NCBI GenBank assembly: GCA_964429995.1
Contig: CAYSDY010000002.1
Location: 110,361 to 174,360 of the forward strand
Length of the DNA: 64,000 nt
DNA from: an uncultured Methanosarcinales archaeon
Lineage (GTDB): Archaea; Nanobdellota; Nanobdellia; Woesearchaeales; UBA583
Direction: 5' to 3'
The notes under the pieces: generated by a model
Told to the model about the DNA's origin: nothing
The model's database searches: none
The model's input: only the letters and a program-made list of their open reading frames with translations
Shown: piece by piece, positions 20,535 to 31,285 of the stretch
Numbering within the stretch: the first letter of the stretch is position 1
How the letters are laid out: every line of letters begins with the position of its first letter
Position numbers and translations under genes: made by a program

Positions 20535-21797
20535 ATGATAGAAATAATATTATTAATTGTACTTATTGTGTTAGTTTTATTTTTAATATTTAAGAAAAAT
20601 AATTCTAATTCAAATACAGCAGATGTTGAAAAGTTCTCAGGAATGATTGAAGGTCAACTAAAGACTCAACCAGATTTAGTATCAAGTAAGATTGGAGAAG
20701 TTTTACAAACTAAATTTGGTGAATTTAAGGATAACTTATATAAGAATAATCAAGAACAGGTTAAAGAGTTTGGAGAGCTTAAAACAAATTTAAGTAAATC
20801 ATTAGGAGAAAATACTGAAAAATTAACTTTAGGTTTAAATACATTTAAAGAAACCTTCAAAAAAGATGTTAACAATGATTTTGAGAAACTAAATAAAACT
20901 GTTGAAGATAAATTGGATAAAATATCTAATAAAGTAATGGAAAATTTAAATGATAATTTCGAGAAAACAAATAAAACATTTTTGGATGTTATGAAAAGAT
21001 TAGAAATAATTGATAGCGCACAACAACAAATGCAAAAATTATCTACTGATGTTGTTTCATTAAACGATGTACTAAATGATAAAAAAACAAGAGGGATTTT
21101 TGGTGAAGTTCAATTAAATCAAATATTATATAGAATATTTGGTGAAGGAAATAAAGGAAAAACTTATGATATTCAACATAAATTTGATACTGGTGCTCAA
21201 TCTGATGCAGTTCTATTATTGCCTGAACCATTTAAGAAATTAGCAATTGATTCAAAATTTCCTTTAGAGAATTATAAAAAAAGTTTAGATAAAAGTTTAT
21301 CCTCACAAGAGATTGAACAATATAAAAAATTATTCAAGCAAGATTTAAAAAAACATATTGATGATATTGCATCTAAATATATAATTCAAAGTGAAACAGC
21401 TGATCAAGCTGTTATGTTTTTACCTGCAGAATCAATTTTTGCAGAAATCCAAGCATTTTATGAAGATGTTGTAACATATAGTCAAAAGAAAAGAGTTTGG
21501 TTAGTATCTCCAACTACTCTTATGGCTGTATTAACTTCAATCCAAATAATGTTAAAAGATGCAGAAAGAAGCAAATACACTCAAATTATTCAAGAACAAT
21601 TAATTAAATTATCTGAAGAATTTTCAAGATATAAAATTAGATGGGATAGATTAAGTAAAGATATTGAGAAAGTTAGTAATGATGTAAGAGACATAAATAC
21701 TACAACTACTAAGATTAGTACAAAATTTGAACAAATCTCAAATGTAGAAGTTGAAGATGAAAAATTATTAGAGGAGGTTTTACCTTTATCTAAATAA
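20535..21797 (+). CDS. rmuC: DNA recombination protein RmuC
   Basis: N-terminal TM, coiled coil, RGIFGEVQL, IDSKFPLENY, AVMFLPAE, VSPTTL. Confidence 0.92.
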   Translation: MIEIILLIVLIVLVLFLIFKKNNSNSNTADVEKFSGMIEGQLKTQPDLVSSKIGEVLQTKFGEFKDNLYKNNQEQVKEFGELKTNLSKSLGENTEKLTLGLNTFKETFKKDVNNDFEKLNKTVEDKLDKISNKVMENLNDNFEKTNKTFLDVMKRLEIIDSAQQQMQKLSTDVVSLNDVLNDKKTRGIFGEVQLNQILYRIFGEGNKGKTYDIQHKFDTGAQSDAVLLLPEPFKKLAIDSKFPLENYKKSLDKSLSSQEIEQYKKLFKQDLKKHIDDIASKYIIQSETADQAVMFLPAESIFAEIQAFYEDVVTYSQKKRVWLVSPTTLMAVLTSIQIMLKDAERSKYTQIIQEQLIKLSEEFSRYKIRWDRLSKDIEKVSNDVRDINTTTTKISTKFEQISNVEVEDEKLLEEVLPLSK

Positions 21798-21867
21798 ATT
21801 GCTTTTTAATAAAGTATTTAAACAAATGATTTGAGGAATTAATAAGATATTAAAAGTTAAAAATAAA

Positions 21868-23283
21868 ATGAAAAAGTTTGATTTAAATATAGAAAAAGTG
21901 CTAGAAGATTGGGAAGTTTATCATGCAACAAGAGAAATTATTGCTAATGCACTAGATGAACAAGCATTAACAAATTCTTCTGAAATAAAAATTTTTAAAG
22001 AAAATGATAAATGGCATATAAGAGATTTTGGTAGAGGAATAAAATATGAACATTTAACTCAAAATGAATCTGATGAAAAACTTAAATTTCCCGAAAAAGT
22101 AATTGGAAAATTTGGAGTTGGATTGAAAGATGCTTTTGCAACTTTTGATAGGAAAAATATTAAAGTTTTAATAAAATCTAAATATAGTGATATTACTTTA
22201 GGAAAATCTTCCAAAAAGGACTTTGAAGATATCATGACATTACATGCTTTAGTTTCAGTACCATCTAACCCATCCATGAATGGAACAGATTTTATACTTG
22301 ATGGAATTAAGGATGAAGATATTGAATTAGCTAAAGAGTTTTTTTTAAAGTTTTCAAATGAAACAGAGTTAGAAAAAACCCAGTATGGTTCAGTACTGAA
22401 AAAACATTCTACTGGAAAAATTTATATCAATGGTCTAAGAGTTGCTGAAGAAGAGAATTTTCTTTTTTCATATAATATTACTTCTATAACTACAAAAATT
22501 AAAAAGTCTTTAAATAGAGAAAGAACTAATGTAGGAAGGAGTGCTTATACTGATAGAGTTAAATCAATTTTATTAGAATGTGAAGAATTTAAAGTTGCAG
22601 AAACATTAGTTAATGATTTGGAGAAATTTGAATTAGGAGAATCACATGATGAACTTAGTTGGATTGATGTATCAGTTCATGCTTGTAAATTATTAAATTC
22701 AAAAGATAAAGTTATATTTTTAACTCCTTATGATTTGTCAGAAAATCAAACAATGGTAGATAGAGCAAAGAGAGACAATATAAGAATTGTAACTATTCCT
22801 GAGAATGTGAAATATAAAATAAGGGGACAAGAGGATACAGAAGGAAATATAATAAGAGATATTGATGAATATGCTTCTGAATGGAATAATAGTTTTGAAT
22901 TTTCTTTTATAGATGAAAAACTATTATCTAATAATGAAAAAGAAATATTTTCAAAGAAGAATGAGATTTTTGAATTAATTGGGGGGAAACCTAAAAAAAT
23001 TAAAAATATTTTAATTTCAGAAACAATGAGATTAGAATCTCAAGGATATCAGGAAGCAGTTGGATTATGGGAAGAACATGAAGGAAGAATTATTATTAGA
23101 AGAGACCAATTAAGTGATTTAAGTTCCTTTGCAGGAGTTCTTTTGCATGAAACTGCTCATGCTATCTGTGGGTATTCAGATATAACTATTGAATTTGAAA
23201 ACCAATTGACTTCTTTACTTGGAATAATTGCTGAAAAAAAAATAAAAAAATCTTTTTGGAGGATATTCAAAAATGATAACTAA
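21868..23283 (+). CDS. GHKL (HATPase) ATPase with C-terminal HExxH zincin-like motif
   Basis: REIIANALDE, IRDFGRG, GKFGVGLK, NGT; C-terminal LLHETAH. Confidence 0.75.
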   Translation: MKKFDLNIEKVLEDWEVYHATREIIANALDEQALTNSSEIKIFKENDKWHIRDFGRGIKYEHLTQNESDEKLKFPEKVIGKFGVGLKDAFATFDRKNIKVLIKSKYSDITLGKSSKKDFEDIMTLHALVSVPSNPSMNGTDFILDGIKDEDIELAKEFFLKFSNETELEKTQYGSVLKKHSTGKIYINGLRVAEEENFLFSYNITSITTKIKKSLNRERTNVGRSAYTDRVKSILLECEEFKVAETLVNDLEKFELGESHDELSWIDVSVHACKLLNSKDKVIFLTPYDLSENQTMVDRAKRDNIRIVTIPENVKYKIRGQEDTEGNIIRDIDEYASEWNNSFEFSFIDEKLLSNNEKEIFSKKNEIFELIGGKPKKIKNILISETMRLESQGYQEAVGLWEEHEGRIIIRRDQLSDLSSFAGVLLHETAHAICGYSDITIEFENQLTSLLGIIAEKKIKKSFWRIFKNDN

Positions 23284-25917
23284 AGCAAAATCAATTGAAG
23301 AATTATATGAAGAAACAAAAAACTATGACCTAGTTATTACTAATGATGCACCTTTGAATACGGCATTAAACAAAACTGTAAATAAACCAATGCTTGGTTC
23401 TTTTGCTTTGACTTCTAAATTAATTGGTTCCAAATATTCCGATTACTTGTTTGAAGAAGAACAACTAGATTTTCCAGAATTAGTTTTAAAAATTCAAAAA
23501 GAATTCAAAATAAATCTAAAAGAAGCTTTGTACTACATAAAAAATATAATGACTGTTTGGCAACATACAGGAAGTTTAGAAGAAAGTAAAAAATATCTAT
23601 CTAACAAAGAAAAAGATATAGTTAAAGTATTAGAAAAATTACCTACATATCAATTATCTATGCAAAGTATGAATTTAACTTTTTTAGATAAAACTAATAT
23701 CGCAACAATTGGAAAAGAAATTTTTAATGAATTAGATAAAAAAGTTTTAACTCTTCCTACAACTCAAATATCTACATTTACAGATAGAGAACATAAACTT
23801 GATACTATTTATCTTTTTAATTCTCAAAATGAAATTATAAATAGAGTTATTTCTATGATTAACAAAGATAATCAAAATGGAATTGCTATAGTTCTAAATA
23901 TTGAAAGTGATTATTTACCTCTAATTAAAGCAAGATTAATTAACAATGGAATTGAATTAAATGAAAAATTATTCTTATTTCAAGAATTTAGAACAAGAGA
24001 ATACTTGTCCATTATAGAAACATTCTACTCAATGCATAATATTTATACAAAAGAATTAACACCAATTGGAAATATATTTAATATTGATATTGACTCTTCT
24101 TTAGAAAATGCTTTATTTTTAGAATTATGTAAAGTAGATAAGAATGCTCAAAAGTTATTCAACTTATTACAAAATTTGAAAAAGAAAAGCTTCGGTGAAT
24201 TAGTTAAAGAACTTGAAAAGTATGATTTAAGATTACCTAAAGAATTTGTTGATGTTTTGTTTAAATTAGAATTATATAACACTCAAATAACTAAAAATAA
24301 ATTTTTAGAGTTGAAATATTTTATTGAAAATTTTGAACAAGAAATTGAGACAAATAAAATAGGAGTATTATTAATTGATGCAAAGAATTCAACTTATGTT
24401 AATAGAGATATTATTTTTTATTTAGGAATGGATTATTCTTGGACTAAAACAATTGAAGATGCTAAGTATATTGACAAAAAACAAGAACTTGAAAAAAATA
24501 TTAAAAAGTTTGAGATATTAATTCAGCAAGGAAAAGAAAGATTTTTCTTTATCCCAAAATATACTTCTGGAACAGATACAATTCCTCCCTTTTATTTTAA
24601 TTTTATATATGAAACTAATGTCGAAAATATTCTTCTAAGGTTTTTGATATTAAAGAAATTATTAACAAGAAGGAAATACAAGAATTTGTAAATAATCCTG
24701 TAACTAAATCTGCTGAAATAAAAATAAAAGAAACTATTTCAAATACAGCCTTAAACAATTTTTTATTATGTCCAAAAAAATATTCATACTCAACTTTAGT
24801 TTCAAATCTAGATAAAGAAGTATTTTTAAGAGGAAATTTAGTTCATGCATTTGCAGAATTCTATGTTAATAATCAAGAATTTGTAAAAAGTAAAGAGATT
24901 GAAGAATTTGTTGATATTATTATGAATAACTTAAAATTAATGTCTAATCCTTTTCAAAATAGTATTTTAAAAACTAAAATAAGATTTGCATGTATTGCAA
25001 TTGTTGATTTTATTGATAATCTTAAAATTGACGAAAGTCTTAGTTTTGAATCGTTTAAAGAAATTTCTAGAAAGAATGAAGAGAATGTATTTGCAAAGCA
25101 TTATTCTAAATCAATGGATAAACCTAATGCGGAATTAGAGTTCAAAGATAATGAATTAAAATTACATGGACTAATAGATTTAGCAGTAAATCAAGAATTA
25201 ATTATAGATTATAAAACCTCTAAAGATAGGAAAAAAGTAATTGATATTGTAAGAAATGCAAGTTTGAGAAACATTTCAGATAAATGTGATTTTCAACCTT
25301 TAGTTTATCTTTCAATATTTAGGAAAATAACTCCCAATAAAAAAATTCAATTTTGGTATAATTTTCCTATGACAGATATTTATGAAAAGATTGTAGGTAT
25401 TGAATTAGAAGAAGATAATAATGTTAAAGTTCATTATATTCCAACTTCATTTATAGATTATATTGTTTCAAAAGACTTTTATGATTATTTTAACGAAACA
25501 GCTCCAAAATATGCTGAACCGATATTGAGTTTAGTAGAAGATTTCTCTTATTTCAAAGATAAAGAAATCCCCGAAGAATTATTAGAAGAGTCAGATCAAG
25601 TCTCAGAATTATTATTTGAAGATTTTAATCAATATTTGATTTCATTAGGACTTAAAGATAATAAAACAAATAGCGGGAATGTATTAAAAGTTTTAAAAAA
25701 TGTATTTGCATTTAAAGTAGGACAACAATACAAACAAAAAGAAGTTTTCTTTTTCAAAGATGATTTAGATAACTTTGAAGAATATGTAAATCAAAGTATT
25801 AACAAAATGAATGAATACATTAAATCTAATTTCCCTTATGAACCAATAGATGGCGAAAACACTTGTAATAATTGTGATTTCAAAAAGCTATGTTTAAAGA
25901 GGTATGAGGTAAAATAA
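23273..25917 (+). pseudogene. AddB-like inactive helicase + Fe-S PD-(D/E)XK nuclease, split by one frameshift at about 24619-24690
   Basis: The -1 frame is open from 24619 through ISNTALNNFLLCPKKY...RGNLVH and continues into ORF 24922..25917 (GLIDL...IIDYKT, QPLVY, CNNCDFKKLC). Confidence 0.8.
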
Positions 25918-25918
25918 A

Positions 25919-26410
25919 ATGACAATTCAAAAAAAACTTAAAACAATGAATAAGGAAGAGTTAATTTTAGTTATTAATGATTTATTAAAATATAATTCTG
26001 AAAATAGAAAGTATTTAAATTTAAGATTATCTGATGAAATTGATTTTAAAAAATTATCAGAAGAATCAAAAATAAAAATTAAAAATTGTTTTTCAGATTT
26101 TAAAGCAGATATTAGAAGAAGTAAAAAGATACTTAGCGATTATAATAAATTAAATCCTCCTATTGATTTGTATTTAGATTTATTCTTATTCTACTTAGAA
26201 TATGGAATTAAATATGGACAACATAGAGATATGTATTCAAGCTTCTATTATAGCTTTGAAATAATGTTTGAAAAGTTTCTTGATTTAATTAAAAATGATT
26301 CAATTTTAGTTTCAAAGTATAAATCAAAGTTAGAAAAGATTGTTGATAATTCTCAACCAGGTTATGGACATTACGATACTCTTTCAGAATTAATGGAGGT
26401 TATAAAATAA
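25919..26410 (+). CDS. Conserved helical hypothetical protein (DUF6155-like)
   Basis: EELILVI...DLFLFYLEYG...FYYSFEIMF...GYGHYD pattern; coupled within the operon. Confidence 0.55.
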   Translation: MTIQKKLKTMNKEELILVINDLLKYNSENRKYLNLRLSDEIDFKKLSEESKIKIKNCFSDFKADIRRSKKILSDYNKLNPPIDLYLDLFLFYLEYGIKYGQHRDMYSSFYYSFEIMFEKFLDLIKNDSILVSKYKSKLEKIVDNSQPGYGHYDTLSELMEVIK

Positions 26411-26411
26411 A

Positions 26412-29243
26412 ATGGGAGCAAATACAAAACAAGATGCAGTAATTAAAAGTACAGATGGAATTTATATTGTAGATGCAGGAGCAGGAACGGGTAAGACATA
26501 TTCAATTACACAGAGATATTTAGAAATATTAAACAAAGGAGTTAATCCTAAAGATATTTTTTTAGTTACATTTACCAGAAATGCATCAACTCATATGAAG
26601 GAAAAAGTAATTTCTAAAGCTGATCCAAAAATAGCAACAGAGATAATAGATGCTCCAATACAAAACTTTGATTCTTTTTGTTTTAAAATTGTTTCAAAAT
26701 ATGGTTTGAATGCACCAAAGATATTAGGAATTGAAGATAATCTTTCAGGATATAAATTAATATCTCAGTCAGTTATACAAAAAAGAATATTTAATAAATT
26801 CTTTAATCAATTCTTAGAAGATAATCAAGATAAATATCAAAAATTATTAGTTTCAATATCAAATCAATTAGAAATACATTCTTTAATTGAGACATTATTA
26901 TCTAAAGGGATTTATCCTACAAAAACAGGATGGTTTTTAGATGCTGAAGATAAACTTAAAGGAGATTATAAATTATTTGCAGAACATTTTAATAAAATAA
27001 ATGAACCTGGAATTGGTGCTAAAGGACCAACTCAATCAGATTTATTAAGTAAGATGAAAACTAGGATTTCATCTAAAAGCTTTTTAGATATACCTGAGAC
27101 TATAGAAACTGAAAAACAAGTAAATCCTAAGTTGATAGATGATATATTTTATGATGATAGGGGAGAAATTATTGAATTTATTCATCATGTATTTATTGAT
27201 TACATTGAATATATGATTAAAGAAAATTCTATGACATTTTCATTAATTGCTATGTTTGCATTTTTAATTTTGTATAATGAAGATGAAGTAAGAAATATTA
27301 ATTCATTCGATTATATTATGGTTGATGAATTTCAAGATACTAATGAAATGCAATTTATGTTAATTCTTCTTTTATTAAAGAAACCTAATCTTTGCGCTGT
27401 TGGTGATTGGAAACAAGGTATTTATGGATTTAGAAATGCTACAATAAGTAATATTAGAGAGTTCAATACTAAGATTGAAAGATATAAAAATCAGTTAAAC
27501 AAAGAAAAGATAAGAATTTCATTTGATGTTTCTCAAATAACACCTCTTGATTTTGATGTAAATTATAGAAGTTCTCAAAAAATTTTAACTTTTTCTGAAA
27601 GGAGTTTAATTACAAAAGCAAGTAAGAATGAAACTATTGATATAGAAGATATTCAAAAAGATATTGTTTCCTTGAAAAGTAATTTTGAATATGATGAATG
27701 TAGTGAGATTAAGTACTATGAAGCAATTGACAAAGAAACTGAAATTAATTATATATTAGAAAAGATTCAAAATTTAGTAGGCAAGAAGACAATAAAATAT
27801 TTTGATTCAGAGATAAAAGAGTACAAAGAAAGATTTATTGATTTTAATGACATTGTAATTCTTTCAAGAACTAGGACTTTTGGCTTAGAAGTTCAAAAAA
27901 AAGCTAACGAATATAATATTCCTGCAGTTTATGAAGGAGGAATTAAACTATTTGAAGAAGAACCTTCAATTTTGCTTCTTGCTTGGTTAAAACTTTTATT
28001 ATATAAAAATAAAAGAGAAGCATGGATACCAATTCTTGAAAAAGAAAGTTATTCATATGCTCAGATTAAATATATTCTAGATAATAAAGAGTATCCTAAA
28101 GAGATTCTTGAATTTAGAGAACATTTGTTGAAAAATAGAAAGATAATAAACTATATTATTGATGAAATATTGAAAAGATATAATTTTACAGGTCCAGTTT
28201 CAAATGCAATGCTCAATATTTTAGATCAAATATTCCATTCAACTTTGATGTCAATAAGTGATTTAATTGTGTTCATTGAAGAAAATATTGAAAATGGGGA
28301 AACATACAATATTGAAATGGAAGGCTCGACTAATTCAATTAAAATTCAAACAATACATGGTTCAAAAGGATTAGAATATCCTATTGTGTTTGTTGTTAAT
28401 TGTAATCTTTCGAATTTCCCAAGTACAATCTCGGATAGTAACTCTTTAACATTTAACGAGATAGTAGGAATAAGAAATAAGAAGTTTTATTCTACTGAAC
28501 ATGAGTTTGTATTTGATAATTGGAAAACTGAACTTGCAAACATGGGATTATTTTCAGATATGGATGAAGAAAGAAGATTATTGTATGTTGCAATAACTAG
28601 AGCAATGTATGATGTTTATTTTACAGCTCACAGACCCTCCGAATTCTTCAATGAACTTTCAGGAGAAGAAAAAGAAGTTATTGAAGAGACTAAGATTGAA
28701 AAATTAAATTTAGTTGAAAAGCAAGAATCATCGACACTAAAAATTAATACTGTTATTGAGGCTAAAAATAAAGTACTAGGTGTTCATGATTTAATGAATT
28801 TTAAAGAGGGACAAAAAGGAAGAGGTATGGAATTTGGAACGATTATACATAAGCTTGCATTTAGATATATTAAAGGATTAAAGATAAGTTCTATTGATAA
28901 TGAATTTAAGCAAGACTTTGAGAATATTAAATCTTTTGTTGATACTGAGTTGAAATATGGGAAGCTTATGCCTGAGATTGATTGTTCTTTACCTATTGAT
29001 GGAACTTTAATTAGAGGAATAATAGATTTAGTTGTAGAGTTTGATAATAGAATTGAGATAATTGATTGGAAAACTGATTTAGTAAAAGATAATATTGAAG
29101 AATATTCTAAGCAATTATCTATTTATTATTATGTATTGAAGGCTATTTATCCTGATAAAGAGATTGTTTGTAAAATCTTTTGGACTTGTAAGGCGCAAGT
29201 TGATGTAGTTAAAGTTGTTGAATTAGGGGTGGTGATAGAGTAA
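26412..29243 (+). CDS. AddA/UvrD-like SF1 helicase with C-terminal RecB-type nuclease
   Basis: AGAGTGKT, VTFT, VDEFQDTN, VGDWKQGIYGFR, NYRS, TIHGSKGLE, YVAITRA; RGIIDLV...IIDWKT, QLSIY. Confidence 0.92.
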   Translation: MGANTKQDAVIKSTDGIYIVDAGAGTGKTYSITQRYLEILNKGVNPKDIFLVTFTRNASTHMKEKVISKADPKIATEIIDAPIQNFDSFCFKIVSKYGLNAPKILGIEDNLSGYKLISQSVIQKRIFNKFFNQFLEDNQDKYQKLLVSISNQLEIHSLIETLLSKGIYPTKTGWFLDAEDKLKGDYKLFAEHFNKINEPGIGAKGPTQSDLLSKMKTRISSKSFLDIPETIETEKQVNPKLIDDIFYDDRGEIIEFIHHVFIDYIEYMIKENSMTFSLIAMFAFLILYNEDEVRNINSFDYIMVDEFQDTNEMQFMLILLLLKKPNLCAVGDWKQGIYGFRNATISNIREFNTKIERYKNQLNKEKIRISFDVSQITPLDFDVNYRSSQKILTFSERSLITKASKNETIDIEDIQKDIVSLKSNFEYDECSEIKYYEAIDKETEINYILEKIQNLVGKKTIKYFDSEIKEYKERFIDFNDIVILSRTRTFGLEVQKKANEYNIPAVYEGGIKLFEEEPSILLLAWLKLLLYKNKREAWIPILEKESYSYAQIKYILDNKEYPKEILEFREHLLKNRKIINYIIDEILKRYNFTGPVSNAMLNILDQIFHSTLMSISDLIVFIEENIENGETYNIEMEGSTNSIKIQTIHGSKGLEYPIVFVVNCNLSNFPSTISDSNSLTFNEIVGIRNKKFYSTEHEFVFDNWKTELANMGLFSDMDEERRLLYVAITRAMYDVYFTAHRPSEFFNELSGEEKEVIEETKIEKLNLVEKQESSTLKINTVIEAKNKVLGVHDLMNFKEGQKGRGMEFGTIIHKLAFRYIKGLKISSIDNEFKQDFENIKSFVDTELKYGKLMPEIDCSLPIDGTLIRGIIDLVVEFDNRIEIIDWKTDLVKDNIEEYSKQLSIYYYVLKAIYPDKEIVCKIFWTCKAQVDVVKVVELGVVIE

Positions 29244-29244
29244 G

Positions 29245-30693
29245 ATGATTGACTATAATAAAATAGAAACTATATTACAAACTTCAAAAGCTTTTGAGTT
29301 AATCAGAGTAAAGAATTTGCCTGAAATTCTTTCATTTTTATATAAAGAATTTAAGGAAGATAGTAATAGTACTTTAAAGTATGAAGAAGCCATAACTAAA
29401 CTTTCTAATTATTTAGATATATTGGAAAGTGAAAATGAAAATGATTTTTTAATTAGTAATTTTGAAAAAGCAAGAAAAGTATTAGACAAATGGTGTAAAA
29501 AAGAATTTTTGGTAAGGACTGAAGATTCTAAAGGTAATTGGAATATTTCTTTAACTCCTGAAACTAATAAAGTTATCTTGTGGATTGAAGATTTAGAAGA
29601 AAAAGATTTTATAGGTACTGAATCAAGGTTTCAACTTATATTTAATCAACTAAAAGATATAATTGAAAAAAGTACTTTAGATCCTGTTGAAAGAATAAAA
29701 CAATTAGAAGAAAGAAAAACTGAAATAGAAATAGAAATTCAAAATGTAAAAAATGGAATAATAAATCCTGTTGAGAATTATTTAATTCAAGAGATGTATG
29801 AAAATGTATTAAAAAATGCTAGAAGTTTAGTTTCTGATTTTTCAGAAGTTGAAAAAAATTTTAAAGAAATTATAAGTAAAATATATGAAGACCAAATTAG
29901 TCAAAAATATTCTAAAGGTTCAATTGTTATTAATACTTTTAATTCATTGGAAGCATTAAAAGAAAAAGATCAAGGAAAAAGTTTCTATGGATTTTGGCAA
30001 ATTTTATTTAATCAAAATGGTTCATCTCAATTAGATAAGTTAATTGGAGAAGTTCATTTAATTTTAGATGACAAGAAAATAAAAAATAAAGATTTCTTTT
30101 TAGAAGATCTTAGATTTCAATTACATGAAGCAGGGAAGAAAGTAATTGCTACAAATATTCTTTTAGCCGAAAGATTAAATAGGTTAGTAAACAACGAAAA
30201 TTTAAAAGAAAGTAAAAAAATATTTGAGACAATTAATGAGATTAAAAAATTAATGATTCAAAATGTTAATAATTCAAATAATATAAATAATTTAATGTGT
30301 ATAGAATTAAATCCTGAATTTAATTTTCCATTTGAAAGAAATCTTTTAGAATTAAGTTTTAAATCAAATATTAAAGAAATTATTTTACCTGAAATTAAAA
30401 TTAATCTGGAAGATATAAGTGAATTATTTTCATATGTTCCTGTAAATGAAACTGAGTTAAAAAATAGAATATTGGAACAAATAAAGGATAATAAAGAAAT
30501 TTCATTAGGGGAATTAACAAAGAATATCCCTATAGAGAAAGGAGTTGAAGAAATTTTAAAATATTATAGTTTAGCTTTAAATGATTTACAAAAGTTTTCA
30601 AATATTGATAATATTAATAAGGAGATAATTACTTTTGATTATAATAAACAAATAGGGTTAGAGGTACCTAAAATTATATTTACTAAAAATTAA
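29245..30693 (+). CDS. jetA: Wadjet JetA (DUF3375-like)
   Basis: FIGTESRF, DPVERIKQLE, DFSEVEKNF, QGKSFYGFW; first gene of a four-gene jet array. Confidence 0.85.
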   Translation: MIDYNKIETILQTSKAFELIRVKNLPEILSFLYKEFKEDSNSTLKYEEAITKLSNYLDILESENENDFLISNFEKARKVLDKWCKKEFLVRTEDSKGNWNISLTPETNKVILWIEDLEEKDFIGTESRFQLIFNQLKDIIEKSTLDPVERIKQLEERKTEIEIEIQNVKNGIINPVENYLIQEMYENVLKNARSLVSDFSEVEKNFKEIISKIYEDQISQKYSKGSIVINTFNSLEALKEKDQGKSFYGFWQILFNQNGSSQLDKLIGEVHLILDDKKIKNKDFFLEDLRFQLHEAGKKVIATNILLAERLNRLVNNENLKESKKIFETINEIKKLMIQNVNNSNNINNLMCIELNPEFNFPFERNLLELSFKSNIKEIILPEIKINLEDISELFSYVPVNETELKNRILEQIKDNKEISLGELTKNIPIEKGVEEILKYYSLALNDLQKFSNIDNINKEIITFDYNKQIGLEVPKIIFTKN

Positions 30694-30694
30694 A

Positions 30695-31285
30695 ATGGAA
30701 AATAATGATACTAATTATGATGAAAAATCTATATATTCTGAAACTCTAATAAAATTACTTAAAGGTATTTTGTATAATGATGATGTTAATGCCTGGGATA
30801 ATTTAAGAATTTTTCAAAAAGATATAAGAAATTATTTTTTAAAAATAAATCTTGAATTAATTATTGATGAAGATAAAGGTTTTGCTTTTTTAAAACAAAT
30901 TGAAAATGATGAAAATAAAAATAATTTGCCAAAATTAATTAATAAAACTTCTTTAGGCTATGATTTAACTTGTTTTTTAGTAATATTGAGAGAATGGTTA
31001 GAAGATTTTAAGAAAAATTCAGCAAATTTATCAACTTTATATATTTCTGAAGAAGATATAAAGGAAAGAATCGAGTATTTTTTTAAACATAATACTGATG
31101 GTTTGCAATTAATTAAAAGAATTAAACATTTAATAAAAGAAACAATAAAATTAGGATTTATAAAAGAAATTAATAATTCAATAGAATTAAAATATGAAGT
31201 AAAAAGAAGTCTAGAAGCTAAAGTCAATGTTGATTTTCTAGAAAATTTTAAGGAGGAATTAGAGAAGAATGGAACTGAAAATTAA
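30695..31285 (+). CDS. jetB: Wadjet JetB (DUF4194-like)
   Basis: LIKLLKGILY, YFLKINLELIIDEDKGFAFLKQ; size and position fit. Confidence 0.85.
   Translation: MENNDTNYDEKSIYSETLIKLLKGILYNDDVNAWDNLRIFQKDIRNYFLKINLELIIDEDKGFAFLKQIENDENKNNLPKLINKTSLGYDLTCFLVILREWLEDFKKNSANLSTLYISEEDIKERIEYFFKHNTDGLQLIKRIKHLIKETIKLGFIKEINNSIELKYEVKRSLEAKVNVDFLENFKEELEKNGTEN

Noticed and set aside
24922..25917. Stand-alone Cas4 gene
   Set aside because: It is the C-terminal part of the frameshifted AddB-like gene, next to an AddA-like helicase.
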